From positions 13,206-77,205 of the forward strand of contig JANOBS010000058.1 of assembly GCA_031411755.1 (NCBI GenBank): 64,000 nt of DNA, given 5' to 3'. Under the pieces are notes generated by a model. That model was given only the letters and a program-made list of their open reading frames with translations, was not told where the DNA came from and made no database searches. Within the stretch, counting starts at the first letter, position 1. The number at the start of each line of letters is the position of its first letter. This DNA is from Luteolibacter sp. (GTDB lineage: Bacteria; Verrucomicrobiota; Verrucomicrobiia; Verrucomicrobiales; Akkermansiaceae). Made by a program: the position numbers and the translations under genes. Positions 1-8,676 of this stretch are shown piece by piece.

Positions 1-507
1 TTCTCCGGCGGCAAGCTCACCTACGGCCCCGGCGAGTCCGGCGTCCTGCGCGCCGTTTTCAACATCGGAAATGCTTCCGGCACCGTCGAGAAAACCATCT
101 CCCTCTGGCTCGACACCACCCCCATCTCCAACCCTCCGTCCCAAGCCCTCAACGTGCGGATTCAAATCCCCACGCTCATCACCCTGGAGCCGAAAACCCT
201 CAAATGGGACCTCGGCAGCAAGCCGGAACCGCAAACGATCCACATCCGCATGGCGGAAGGAAAGCCGATCCACGTCACCGCCATCAAGCCCGCGACCGAG
301 CAGTTTTCCTGTGAATTAAAAGCCATCGAGGCAGGCCGGAACTACGATCTCATTGTCACCCCAAAGGACGTGGCCAAGCCGGGCATCAGCGTCATCCGCA
401 TCGAGACGGATTGTGAAATCAAGAGACACCAGATTCAGCAAGCCTTCGCCATCGTGCTGAAACCCACCACCGCGAACGAGAGCAGCGCCCCCGTGCCGAC
501 GCGATAG
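1..507 (+). CDS. C-terminal part of a secreted Ig-fold repeat protein (DUF1573-like); 5' end lies outside the window
   Basis: Frame 1 is open from base 1 to the stop at 505-507; the listed ORF 154..507 is only the part after the first ATG. It has two beta-rich ~80-aa modules ('GESGVLRAVFNIGNASGTVEKTISL', 'KPEPQTIHIRMAEGKPIHVTAIK'). The family call is from memory only. Confidence 0.45.
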   Translation, partial: FSGGKLTYGPGESGVLRAVFNIGNASGTVEKTISLWLDTTPISNPPSQALNVRIQIPTLITLEPKTLKWDLGSKPEPQTIHIRMAEGKPIHVTAIKPATEQFSCELKAIEAGRNYDLIVTPKDVAKPGISVIRIETDCEIKRHQIQQAFAIVLKPTTANESSAPVPTR

Positions 508-807
508 GAACTGCCTACCCTTTCTTGTGTAGGACTTGAGCCCACTCATGGCGACCGACTGAGACAGTCGTGAGACGTTGCTGTGGACGGAGACGTCCTG
601 GTGGACCGGCCTCAAGTCCCACCCGCGAGGCGTCGGAGATCAAGGAGTCGCTGAAAGTCTGGAAAGGGATGTTTCCTGAGCGGAGTTGAAAGGGTGTGTG
701 GAGGCCGTCCCGAATTTCCTGACAGCCATTTCAGACGAGTCCTTCATTCATGCCTGCCGGGGCATCTGGAGTGAATCGGGCGGGTCCTATTGTTAGGTGA
801 CGGGTAA

Positions 808-2664
808 TCACGGCATCTCCAGCGCGAGGTAATCATACATCACGTGGTTCGCCGGGCTGTCGTTCCGGCCCTGGGTGAGGGTGAGGACGTTGGGGCCTTG
901 CTTGAGGAGGGAGACGGGGATGTCGATCTGGCTGAGGCCGTATTTGGCGTGGATGCCTTCGCGTAGCAGGGCGTTGCCGCCGCCGTTGGGGGGATAGACC
1001 GGACGGCCGAGGGGCTTGCCGTTGAGGTTGACCTCGATCCGGGCACCATCGGAGCTGGCCCAGGCGAGGATGAGGCGGGCAGTTCCGGAGGCGGGGACGG
1101 AGGCGAGCTGGAACTGGACCTGCCAAGGCCAAGCGACCGGCTTGCCGTTCACCAGGTAGGCGCCCTGGGCGAAGTTCCAGTCGGTGGCGGGATTCGATTT
1201 TCCGATGGTGTAGATGAGCGGGTTCTTCAGCTCCTTGGAAAAGTTCGTCCAGACGTAGCCGTGAAAGTAGTCGTTGCCCTTGCGGAACTCGGTGGCTCGA
1301 CGGTCGGGCGTGCCGATTTCCCAGGCGATGGATTTCCCGGCGTGCGGGACCGTCCAGACGAGCTCGCCGGTGGGATTGGGCCCGGCCTTGACGATGGCTC
1401 CGGGCTGCTCGAACTCGCCGACCGCTCCATCGGTGAAGGCGTAGAGGGTGTAGGTGCCGGGGCGGACATTGGGGATCTCAAAGTCGCCCTGGGCATCGAC
1501 TTTCGCCCAGTGCTGGTAGTGCTTCGATTCGGACTGCCAGTTGCCGCCCTTGTCGGGTTGGGCGAGGCCGATCCAGGCTCCGGCGGAGTTGAGTTGGGGC
1601 TTCAGGGCATCGCGGATCGTGAGGTGGCCCTTGACGGTGCCTCGGGCGTCCTTTCCTGGGTAGAGCTCGGGATTGTCGAGCCAGTCGTAAGGCCAGGCGC
1701 GACGCTCGGTGGCGGACTTGTTGCGGGCATCATTCCAGAGTTCGTCGGCGTTGGCCCCGCTGTTGCAGTAGAGGAGGAAGGGTCCGTAGAGCTTCTTCCA
1801 GGATTCCCCGGCGGCGAGGTTGGTGCTTGAGCCTTCGTAGTGGTTCCGGCCGAAATGGATGTGGATGAGGGCGGAGGCAGACGAGAGGTCCTGCTTGGTG
1901 GGGCCGTCATTGAAGAACTCATGGCTGCCGAGAACGATCCAGGCACCGACCTGATTCTTGTCACTGGCATGCCCCCAGCAACCGACCGAGTAGTATTCAA
2001 GGTTGAAGTCATACTTGCAGTCGAACATCCCGGCGCGGACGCCCTTGGTGAGTTCGACGATCTCCTTGATGCCGGTGGGCTTGGCGGTCTTGAGATCGGC
2101 GGGTGAGGGCATCTCCCAGGCGCGCAGCTTGTCGACGCGGATCTTTTCCATGAGCCAGGATTTGTCGTCCTTCGCCGGCATGCCCCAGACCATGCGCCAT
2201 TCGCCGATGCTGGTGGCGGGGTAGTCGGCGGCATGGCTGAGGGTGGCGTAGGTGTAAACGCCGGTCTCGCCCTGTTTCAGTGCGTAGTGGACCTCGATGT
2301 CGACCGCCTGATTGTTGCCAGGCCTCCATTTCTGGAGAAAGGCGACATCCGCCACCTCCGGGGTCTGCTTCACGATCCTGAACGCCGCGCCGGTGGGTTG
2401 GCGGTAGCTCTTTCCTCCGCCCATGCTGTAGTAGACGGGCTTTCCGGGAGAGATCATCTCGAAGGTCTTGTAGCGGATCGAGTCGATGGTGGAGGAGCCC
2501 TTGTCGATCGTGGCGGTGATGAGGCCGTTGGAAAGAACGAGGGTCTTGCCCTTGTCCTCGAGGGTTACTGGCATGGGGGCTTGGGCCTGCGCAGTTGAGG
2601 AAAGCGCGAGGATCGCCGCTGGCAGGAGGAACCGGAGGGTGGGGGAATCGAGGGGCGTCCGCAT
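808..2664 (-). CDS. Rhamnogalacturonan lyase, PL4-like (RhgB_N + Fn3-like + CBM-like architecture)
   Basis: From ORF 808..2835. Start chosen at the internal ATG 2664 because 'MRTPLDSPTLRFLLPAAILALSSTAQAQA' is a signal peptide. N-terminal 'LVLSNGLITATIDKGSSTIDSIRYK', mid 'GTYTLYAFTDGAVGEF' and C-terminal 'IGTPDRRATEFRKGNDYFHGYVW' fit the PL4 three-domain layout. Confidence 0.65.
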   Translation of the reverse strand: MRTPLDSPTLRFLLPAAILALSSTAQAQAPMPVTLEDKGKTLVLSNGLITATIDKGSSTIDSIRYKTFEMISPGKPVYYSMGGGKSYRQPTGAAFRIVKQTPEVADVAFLQKWRPGNNQAVDIEVHYALKQGETGVYTYATLSHAADYPATSIGEWRMVWGMPAKDDKSWLMEKIRVDKLRAWEMPSPADLKTAKPTGIKEIVELTKGVRAGMFDCKYDFNLEYYSVGCWGHASDKNQVGAWIVLGSHEFFNDGPTKQDLSSASALIHIHFGRNHYEGSSTNLAAGESWKKLYGPFLLYCNSGANADELWNDARNKSATERRAWPYDWLDNPELYPGKDARGTVKGHLTIRDALKPQLNSAGAWIGLAQPDKGGNWQSESKHYQHWAKVDAQGDFEIPNVRPGTYTLYAFTDGAVGEFEQPGAIVKAGPNPTGELVWTVPHAGKSIAWEIGTPDRRATEFRKGNDYFHGYVWTNFSKELKNPLIYTIGKSNPATDWNFAQGAYLVNGKPVAWPWQVQFQLASVPASGTARLILAWASSDGARIEVNLNGKPLGRPVYPPNGGGNALLREGIHAKYGLSQIDIPVSLLKQGPNVLTLTQGRNDSPANHVMYDYLALEMP

Positions 2665-2758
2665 GTCGCGGTAAGCTACTGCAGGCCGAGGAAATTCATT
2701 GCTAACCCGGAAGTGGTATTGGGTTTGGCACTGGAGTGTGGGATGGTTGGAAAATCCC

Positions 2759-5700
2759 ATGCGTTCCTTTTTCCTCCGTAGACGGCTCCGGCGGGTCTTC
2801 GGCCTTGTCGTCGGGATGCTTGGCTTGCTTTGCAAAGCGGAGGCAATTCCTGCGTTTCCTGGTGCTGAGGGCTTCGGCGCGGACGCGGCGGGTGGGCGCG
2901 GTGGGGATGTTTACATCGTCACGAACCTGAACTCCACGGGGGCTGGTTCGCTCTACAACGGACTGACCACGATTCCGGCCAATGGCCGCACCATCGTCTT
3001 CGCCGTGAGTGGTCAGATCCACCTCGCCGGGGGGATCGCCACGCGTATCACCGGCAGCAAACTCACCATTGCCGGGCAGACCGCGCCGGGTGATGGCATC
3101 CTGCTGAAGGACGGCACGCTTCGCATTTCCGGAGACGACCTTGTGATCCGCCATCTTCGCTTCCGGCATGGCAAGAACGGGTCCGGTGGCGACTGCATCG
3201 ACCTCGATTCCGGCTGCCAGAACGCGATCCTCGATCACCTTTCGCTGTCGTTCAGTACGGATGAAAACATTTCCTCCTTCGGCAGCCCTCCGGAGAACCT
3301 GACGATGCAGTGGACGCTGAATTCCAGGGGCCTTGAAAGCCACTCCTGCGGCGGCCTCTGGGACCAGAATCACGCCACCTGCCACCACTCGGTATGGGCC
3401 CACAACCACACGCGGAATCCGAAGGCCCGTCCGAACGGACTGCTGGAGTGGACGAACAATGTCACCTTCGACTGGGACATCGGTTTCATCATGGGCGACT
3501 CCCAGACCCCTGCGGCATGGAAGGCCAATGTCCGCAGCAACTACTTCATCTGCCCGCCGGGAAACATCCACAACACGCCGCTGGAGAAGGCCTCGCTGGA
3601 CCGCAACGGTTATCCGAATTTCTCGGTCTATCAGGACAACAACCTGCACGACCGCGATGGCGACGGCATCCTGAATGGAACGGATCGTGGCTGGTCGATC
3701 GTGGGAGGAAGCGCCTACGATGCGGCCACCAATCCCACGGGAAACTACCTCAGGCTGGCCACGCCGGTGGCGGGGTCGTCGATCCTCAACATCGAGTCGC
3801 CCTTGCTGGCCTACAAGAAGATCGTTTCGAGCGGCGGGGCCCTGCGCACGGACATCGGCTACAGTGGCACCTACCGCGACGAGGTGGACACCCGGCTGAT
3901 ACAGAATCTCACCACCCAGACGCGAAACCACATCACCCGTGAAAGCGATTTGGCCGGAGTGAGTAATGGGGGATTCGGCACCTTCGCGGCGTCGGCGGCA
4001 CCGGTGGATTCCGACAAGGATGGCATGCCGGACTTCTATGAAACGGCCCTCGGTTGGAGCGCCGCGACCCAGGATCACAACACCGCGCTCGCCAACGGCG
4101 GCGGGCTGGTCACCGGCACGACGTTTTTTCCAACGGGGACCGTGGCGGGTTATACACGGCTGGAGGAATATCTTCACTATCTCGCCATCCCGCACGGCAC
4201 CGTGCCGAAGAACATCACCGGCTCGCCGAGTAGCGTGCAGATCGATCTGGCCAAGTTCACTTCGGGCTTCGCGGCAACACCGGTCTTCACGGTGTCCAAT
4301 CTTGTCGGCGGGACCATCGCACAGAGCGGCACCGGCAACCGGATCGTCACGTTCACGCCGACCCTGAACTTCACCGGACGCGCGAGGTTTGATTTCACCG
4401 TGACCGACAGTGCCGCGCAGTCCTGGACACAGACCTGCGCGCTGGTCGTCACCACGACCGGTCTGCCTCGTGATCTTTCCTGGAAGGGAACGGGAAATGC
4501 GTGGGACCCGACCACCACCACGAACTGGCTTCCTGCATCCAACAACACGACCGTGGCCTACTCGGACGGTGATCGCGTCACCTTCGATCAGTCGGGGATC
4601 GCCCAACCAAACGTGAGCGTCACAGGAGCGCTTTCGCCGGCCACGGTCGATGTGAATGCTTCAGGAAACTATGCGTTCAGCGGCGCGGGCTCGATCAGCA
4701 GCACCGGTGTTCTCACCAAGCGGGGAACTGGAGCACTCACGATTTCACACGCCCAGACCTATCTCGGCGGAACGTCTCTTGAGGCGGGGAACCTCACGAT
4801 CAACAACCCCGGCAGCTTGTCGGGTGGATCCATTTCCATGCTCGATGGCACCAGCCTCACCAACGGTTATCCCACCGGAACCACCTCGACCCTTTCGGCC
4901 GGAATCAACGTGGACGAAGGTGACTCCGCCACGCTCAACAGCGGAAACCGGCTGAACCTTACCGGCGCTCTAACAGGGGCGGGCAATCTCGACTTCAATG
5001 TCCAGACGACTGTCTCGCGATTTGAGTTGAAGGGCGCGACTGCGGCCTTTGCCGGGCGAATCAACTTCATCAACTCGGGAGGCGTCAGGCTCTTTTTCAA
5101 TGGTGGGTCGTTCAACGGCTTCGACAATGCCTGGGTGGATCTCGGAGGCAGTGTGAGTCTCCAGCCGCAGACGAATTCAGCCCCGGGAAACACCCTCAAC
5201 ATCAAGACGCTCTCCGGATCGAGCGCGAACGCCAATCTCGCCGGTGGAACGGCTGGTGCGGTGGCCTACGTGGTCGGCTCAGGGAACCAGAGCACGACCT
5301 TCGCCGGCAGCATCACCGGAAACGCCACCTTCACCAAAACCGGAACAGGCACCCTCACCTTGTCCGGAGCCAACACCTACTCCGGTGCCACCTCCGTTTC
5401 AGCGGGTGCCCTGCTCGTCGATGGGTTGCTGGGAACGTCCGCCGTCAGTGTTTCCAGCGGAACCTTGCTGGGGGGCGACGGCACCATCGGCGGATCGGTC
5501 ACGGCTGCATCGGGAGCCATCCTTTCGCCGGGAACGATTCCATTCACCGGGGCGAACCTCTCGATCACTGGCGGGCTCGCGCTGAATGGAAACACGATCT
5601 ACTGCGACCTTTCCAACTCACCCACCGGTGCCAACGACAAGATCACGGTCGGCGGCTCGCTCGCTCTAACAGGAGCACAGACCTTCCAGTTCCTCTTGTT

Positions 5701-7429
5701 GGATGGCACGCTCAATGCGGGCACTTACGACCTCATCGCAGCCACCAACAGCACGGTGAACGGGGTTTCACTCCTGCACAACCTGCCCACGGATACCCGG
5801 CAGACCTTCACCTTGGCGAGAAGCGCGGCTGGATCCAACCCCTCGAAGGTCTGGCTGACAGTTGTGGGAAATCCCGCCACCCTCACCTGGTCTGGCACCA
5901 CCAGCGGAAACTGGGACACCACCACCACGGCGAACTGGACCGGAGCCACGCCGAACACCTTCGGCTCGAATGATGCCGTCGTCATTGATGATTCGTCATC
6001 CGTGCTGACCCTGACACCGGTCGGCACCGTCACCCCGCGCTCCACCCTGGTGAACAATTCCACCAAGGCCTTCACCCTCGGAGCAGGTCTCGGAGGTGGT
6101 GTGCTCACCAAGAGCGGCAGCAACCAACTGACCCTCACTGGTGCGAACAGCCACGCCGCCACCATTCTCAACTCCGGCACGATCCAGCTCGCCAACTCCA
6201 CCGCGAATGGCAGCGGCCTCGGCACCGGCCCCATCACCCTCAACGGCGGCACCTTGAAGATGTACAGCGCGGGCGATGGCACCTACGCGGGAAATCTGCC
6301 GAACGCCCTGATCGTCTCCGGCACCGCTGCCTTCCACAGCGCTCCCCGTGGTGGCTTCAGCGGAAACGTCAGCGGCACCGGCACGCTCAACTACCTCACC
6401 ACCTACGTCCGTGCCGATGTGGCCGGAAACTGGAGCGATTTCTCGGGCATTCTCAACGTCATCACCGACTCCGGCGGCGGGGACTTCCGCATCATTTCAA
6501 ACTACTCATGGGCCGGCCTGCCGAATGCCACCGTCAATCTGGCAACGAAAACCTGGTTCCGATTCGATGGCATCCTCAACTCCGGCGCGGGTACCACCAT
6601 CGCGATCGGCGCGCTCAACGGCCCGGCAGGCTCGCACCTCTTCGGCGGCCTCACGGGAGGTCGGGCACTCACGTATCGGATCGGCGGAAAGAGCACCGAT
6701 GCCACCTTCGCCGGAGACATCAGCGAGCAGAACACAGGCACGGCCACGAACTTCCAGAAAACTGGCACCGGCATCTGGACCCTCAGTGGCTTTGGTTCCT
6801 GGAACGGTGGCACCACCGTGGAGCAGGGGACTCTGAGATTGAGCGGACCTTACTCCTGCGCCGGTGCCGCCACCGTCGACTCAGGTGCCGTCCTTGAGCT
6901 TGCCAACGGCAGCCTCGCAACCGACGCCCTCAACATCTCCACCGGCGCCACTCTAACAGGCAACGGCACCATCACCGGCGACCTCAACAACGACGGCACC
7001 GTCACCTCCACCCTCGGCGGCACACTTGCCGTCACGGGTGACGTCGTGAACAACGGCACCATGCGAATCGCCAGCGGTACCGCCCTCAGCGCCACCGGGA
7101 ATTTCGTGAACAACGGCATCCTCGATCTGCTGACTTCCTCGGCCGGCCTGCCGCCGAACCTTGAAAACAACGGCATCGTCATCGACTCCAGCACGCTGCG
7201 CATGACCAGCATTTCCAAGGTCGGGAACGTGGTCACGCTGAAGGTGCCGACCCACAGCGCGCACACCTATCAACTCCAGCGCTCCACCTCATTGAGCACC
7301 GGTTGGACGGACGTCGGAGCCTCACAAAGCGGCCTCACCACCGTCTCAGGAGGTCCGACCGAGCGCACCTTCACCGACACCGGAGCCACCTTTCCAAAGT
7401 GCTTCTACCGGGTGAAGGTCACTCCGTGA
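2759..7429 (+). CDS. Giant secreted pectate lyase (PL1-like N-terminal domain) fused to a long PATR (autotransporter-associated beta-strand repeat) region
   Basis: From ORF 2699..7429. Start at ATG 2759 gives the signal peptide 'MRSFFLRRRLRRVFGLVVGMLGLLCKAEA'. 'AFPGAEGFGADAAGGRGGDVYIVTNLNSTGAGSL' is the pectate-lyase N-terminus. Many 'TK(T/R)GTGxLTLSGANTYxGxTxVxxGxL' repeats follow. The C-terminal module ends '...YQLQRSTSLSTGWTDV...CFYRVKV'. Confidence 0.8.
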   Translation: MRSFFLRRRLRRVFGLVVGMLGLLCKAEAIPAFPGAEGFGADAAGGRGGDVYIVTNLNSTGAGSLYNGLTTIPANGRTIVFAVSGQIHLAGGIATRITGSKLTIAGQTAPGDGILLKDGTLRISGDDLVIRHLRFRHGKNGSGGDCIDLDSGCQNAILDHLSLSFSTDENISSFGSPPENLTMQWTLNSRGLESHSCGGLWDQNHATCHHSVWAHNHTRNPKARPNGLLEWTNNVTFDWDIGFIMGDSQTPAAWKANVRSNYFICPPGNIHNTPLEKASLDRNGYPNFSVYQDNNLHDRDGDGILNGTDRGWSIVGGSAYDAATNPTGNYLRLATPVAGSSILNIESPLLAYKKIVSSGGALRTDIGYSGTYRDEVDTRLIQNLTTQTRNHITRESDLAGVSNGGFGTFAASAAPVDSDKDGMPDFYETALGWSAATQDHNTALANGGGLVTGTTFFPTGTVAGYTRLEEYLHYLAIPHGTVPKNITGSPSSVQIDLAKFTSGFAATPVFTVSNLVGGTIAQSGTGNRIVTFTPTLNFTGRARFDFTVTDSAAQSWTQTCALVVTTTGLPRDLSWKGTGNAWDPTTTTNWLPASNNTTVAYSDGDRVTFDQSGIAQPNVSVTGALSPATVDVNASGNYAFSGAGSISSTGVLTKRGTGALTISHAQTYLGGTSLEAGNLTINNPGSLSGGSISMLDGTSLTNGYPTGTTSTLSAGINVDEGDSATLNSGNRLNLTGALTGAGNLDFNVQTTVSRFELKGATAAFAGRINFINSGGVRLFFNGGSFNGFDNAWVDLGGSVSLQPQTNSAPGNTLNIKTLSGSSANANLAGGTAGAVAYVVGSGNQSTTFAGSITGNATFTKTGTGTLTLSGANTYSGATSVSAGALLVDGLLGTSAVSVSSGTLLGGDGTIGGSVTAASGAILSPGTIPFTGANLSITGGLALNGNTIYCDLSNSPTGANDKITVGGSLALTGAQTFQFLLLDGTLNAGTYDLIAATNSTVNGVSLLHNLPTDTRQTFTLARSAAGSNPSKVWLTVVGNPATLTWSGTTSGNWDTTTTANWTGATPNTFGSNDAVVIDDSSSVLTLTPVGTVTPRSTLVNNSTKAFTLGAGLGGGVLTKSGSNQLTLTGANSHAATILNSGTIQLANSTANGSGLGTGPITLNGGTLKMYSAGDGTYAGNLPNALIVSGTAAFHSAPRGGFSGNVSGTGTLNYLTTYVRADVAGNWSDFSGILNVITDSGGGDFRIISNYSWAGLPNATVNLATKTWFRFDGILNSGAGTTIAIGALNGPAGSHLFGGLTGGRALTYRIGGKSTDATFAGDISEQNTGTATNFQKTGTGIWTLSGFGSWNGGTTVEQGTLRLSGPYSCAGAATVDSGAVLELANGSLATDALNISTGATLTGNGTITGDLNNDGTVTSTLGGTLAVTGDVVNNGTMRIASGTALSATGNFVNNGILDLLTSSAGLPPNLENNGIVIDSSTLRMTSISKVGNVVTLKVPTHSAHTYQLQRSTSLSTGWTDVGASQSGLTTVSGGPTERTFTDTGATFPKCFYRVKVTP

Positions 7430-7441
7430 TTGGTCCATTTC

Positions 7442-8053
7442 TCAAATCAATCCCGAATACCCACCACCCTCGAGATCCGGCGGACCGTCGAAGTGGGTCG
7501 CGAGAAACGTCCGCCACGCCGCTCGGGTGGACTCTGACAGCGTGGCGATGAGTCGGCCGGTGCATTGATCGCAGAGGATCAGCGGAAGGGGGCCCTCCAC
7601 CAGATGCCCGCCGGAGTCGAACAGGGCGGAAAGCCCGAAGCCTGCCATCTGTTCGCGCGGCACCCGGCAGCAGATGCAGGCCTCCAGACGCTTCTCCACG
7701 GTGCGGTCCATCATGAACTCCGCGACGCGTGTGCTCCAATCGATTTCATGCTGGAGGAAATCTCTAACAGCGGCCTTCGATTCCTCCGAGAACCCCACGG
7801 TGACCTTGTTCCGGCACGGCTGGCAGATCGCGTATTCGAGAATGCATTCGCCGCGCCGATAGTCCTTCGTCACCAGCCACGGCGAATCGAGCTCCGCCAG
7901 CGGCAAGCGGCAGTGGATGCAGTGGCGGAACGGCTCACCGGACTCCTCCGAGTGAAACCAGGGGGAATGGCTCAGCATCTCCCGATTCCAGCAGCAGGGA
8001 GTAAGGTGGGCAAGCACGCGCGAAGTCCAATCTTGCCCGCTGACCGATTTCAC
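7442..8053 (-). CDS. Hypothetical cysteine-rich protein with an internally duplicated double-CxxC (zinc-ribbon-like) module
   Basis: ORF of 203 aa; an alternative start is ATG 7978 ('MLSHSPWF'). Four CxxC pairs (CIHC, CQPC, CICC, CDQC) fall in two homologous halves ('SEESKAAVRDFL' vs 'SESTRAAWRTFL'). I recognise no family. Confidence 0.5.
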   Translation of the reverse strand: MKSVSGQDWTSRVLAHLTPCCWNREMLSHSPWFHSEESGEPFRHCIHCRLPLAELDSPWLVTKDYRRGECILEYAICQPCRNKVTVGFSEESKAAVRDFLQHEIDWSTRVAEFMMDRTVEKRLEACICCRVPREQMAGFGLSALFDSGGHLVEGPLPLILCDQCTGRLIATLSESTRAAWRTFLATHFDGPPDLEGGGYSGLI

Positions 8054-8067
8054 GCATCGCTTGTCCC

Positions 8068-8676
8068 ATGATCGAGATTCGCAGGCTCACAGGCGCAGCC
8101 ATTCTTCCGCATCTGGCAGATGTCGCGCGGCTGCGCATCCGGGTGTTCCGGGAGTTTCCCTACCTGTATGACGGCAGCGAGGAGTCCGAGCGCAAGTATC
8201 TTGAAAGTTACGCCGCTGCGCCGCGAAGTGTCTGCGTGCTGGCCATTGATGGTGGGCAAGTTGTCGGTGCCTCGACCGGGCTGCCGCTCGAGGAATCTGA
8301 TGAGGCCTTTCGAAGTCCTTTCGCGGATGCTGGAATCGATGAACGGGAGGTCTTCTATTTCGGGGAATCGGTCCTGGATCGGGCGTATCGGGGGCAGGGG
8401 ATCGGGCACCGATTTTTTGACGAGCGCGAGGCCCATGCGGCGGAACTTGGTTTCACCATGACCGCCTTCTGTGCCGTCGAGCGTCCCGACGATCATCCAT
8501 TGAAACCCGCCGACCATCGGTCAAACGATGCCTTCTGGACCAAGCGCGGGTATGCCATCCGCCCCGACCTCAAGGCGCGGCTTTCTTGGAAGCAGGTGGA
8601 TTCGACGATCGAGGTTGGGAACGTTCTGGTGTTCCGGATTGCTTCAGTGGGGACTTCGCTTTCGGCAGGGCGATGA
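8068..8676 (+). CDS. GNAT family N-acetyltransferase
   Basis: 'VVGASTG...RAYRGQGIGHRFFDEREAHAAELGF' is an acetyl-CoA-binding (Q/RxxGxG) GNAT core. Its 3' end overlaps the convergent gene 8570..10861 by 107 nt. Confidence 0.7.
   Translation: MIEIRRLTGAAILPHLADVARLRIRVFREFPYLYDGSEESERKYLESYAAAPRSVCVLAIDGGQVVGASTGLPLEESDEAFRSPFADAGIDEREVFYFGESVLDRAYRGQGIGHRFFDEREAHAAELGFTMTAFCAVERPDDHPLKPADHRSNDAFWTKRGYAIRPDLKARLSWKQVDSTIEVGNVLVFRIASVGTSLSAGR

Noticed and set aside
2702-4606. 634-aa antisense ORF inside the pectate-lyase gene, and similar ORFs at 17089..18096, 30118..31713, 58486..60021 and 13118..14800
   Set aside because: All are antisense to genes with strong family motifs (sulfatase, gatA, oxoprolinase, propeller). 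Their sequence is Arg/Gly-rich with no motifs. They are high-G+C artefacts.
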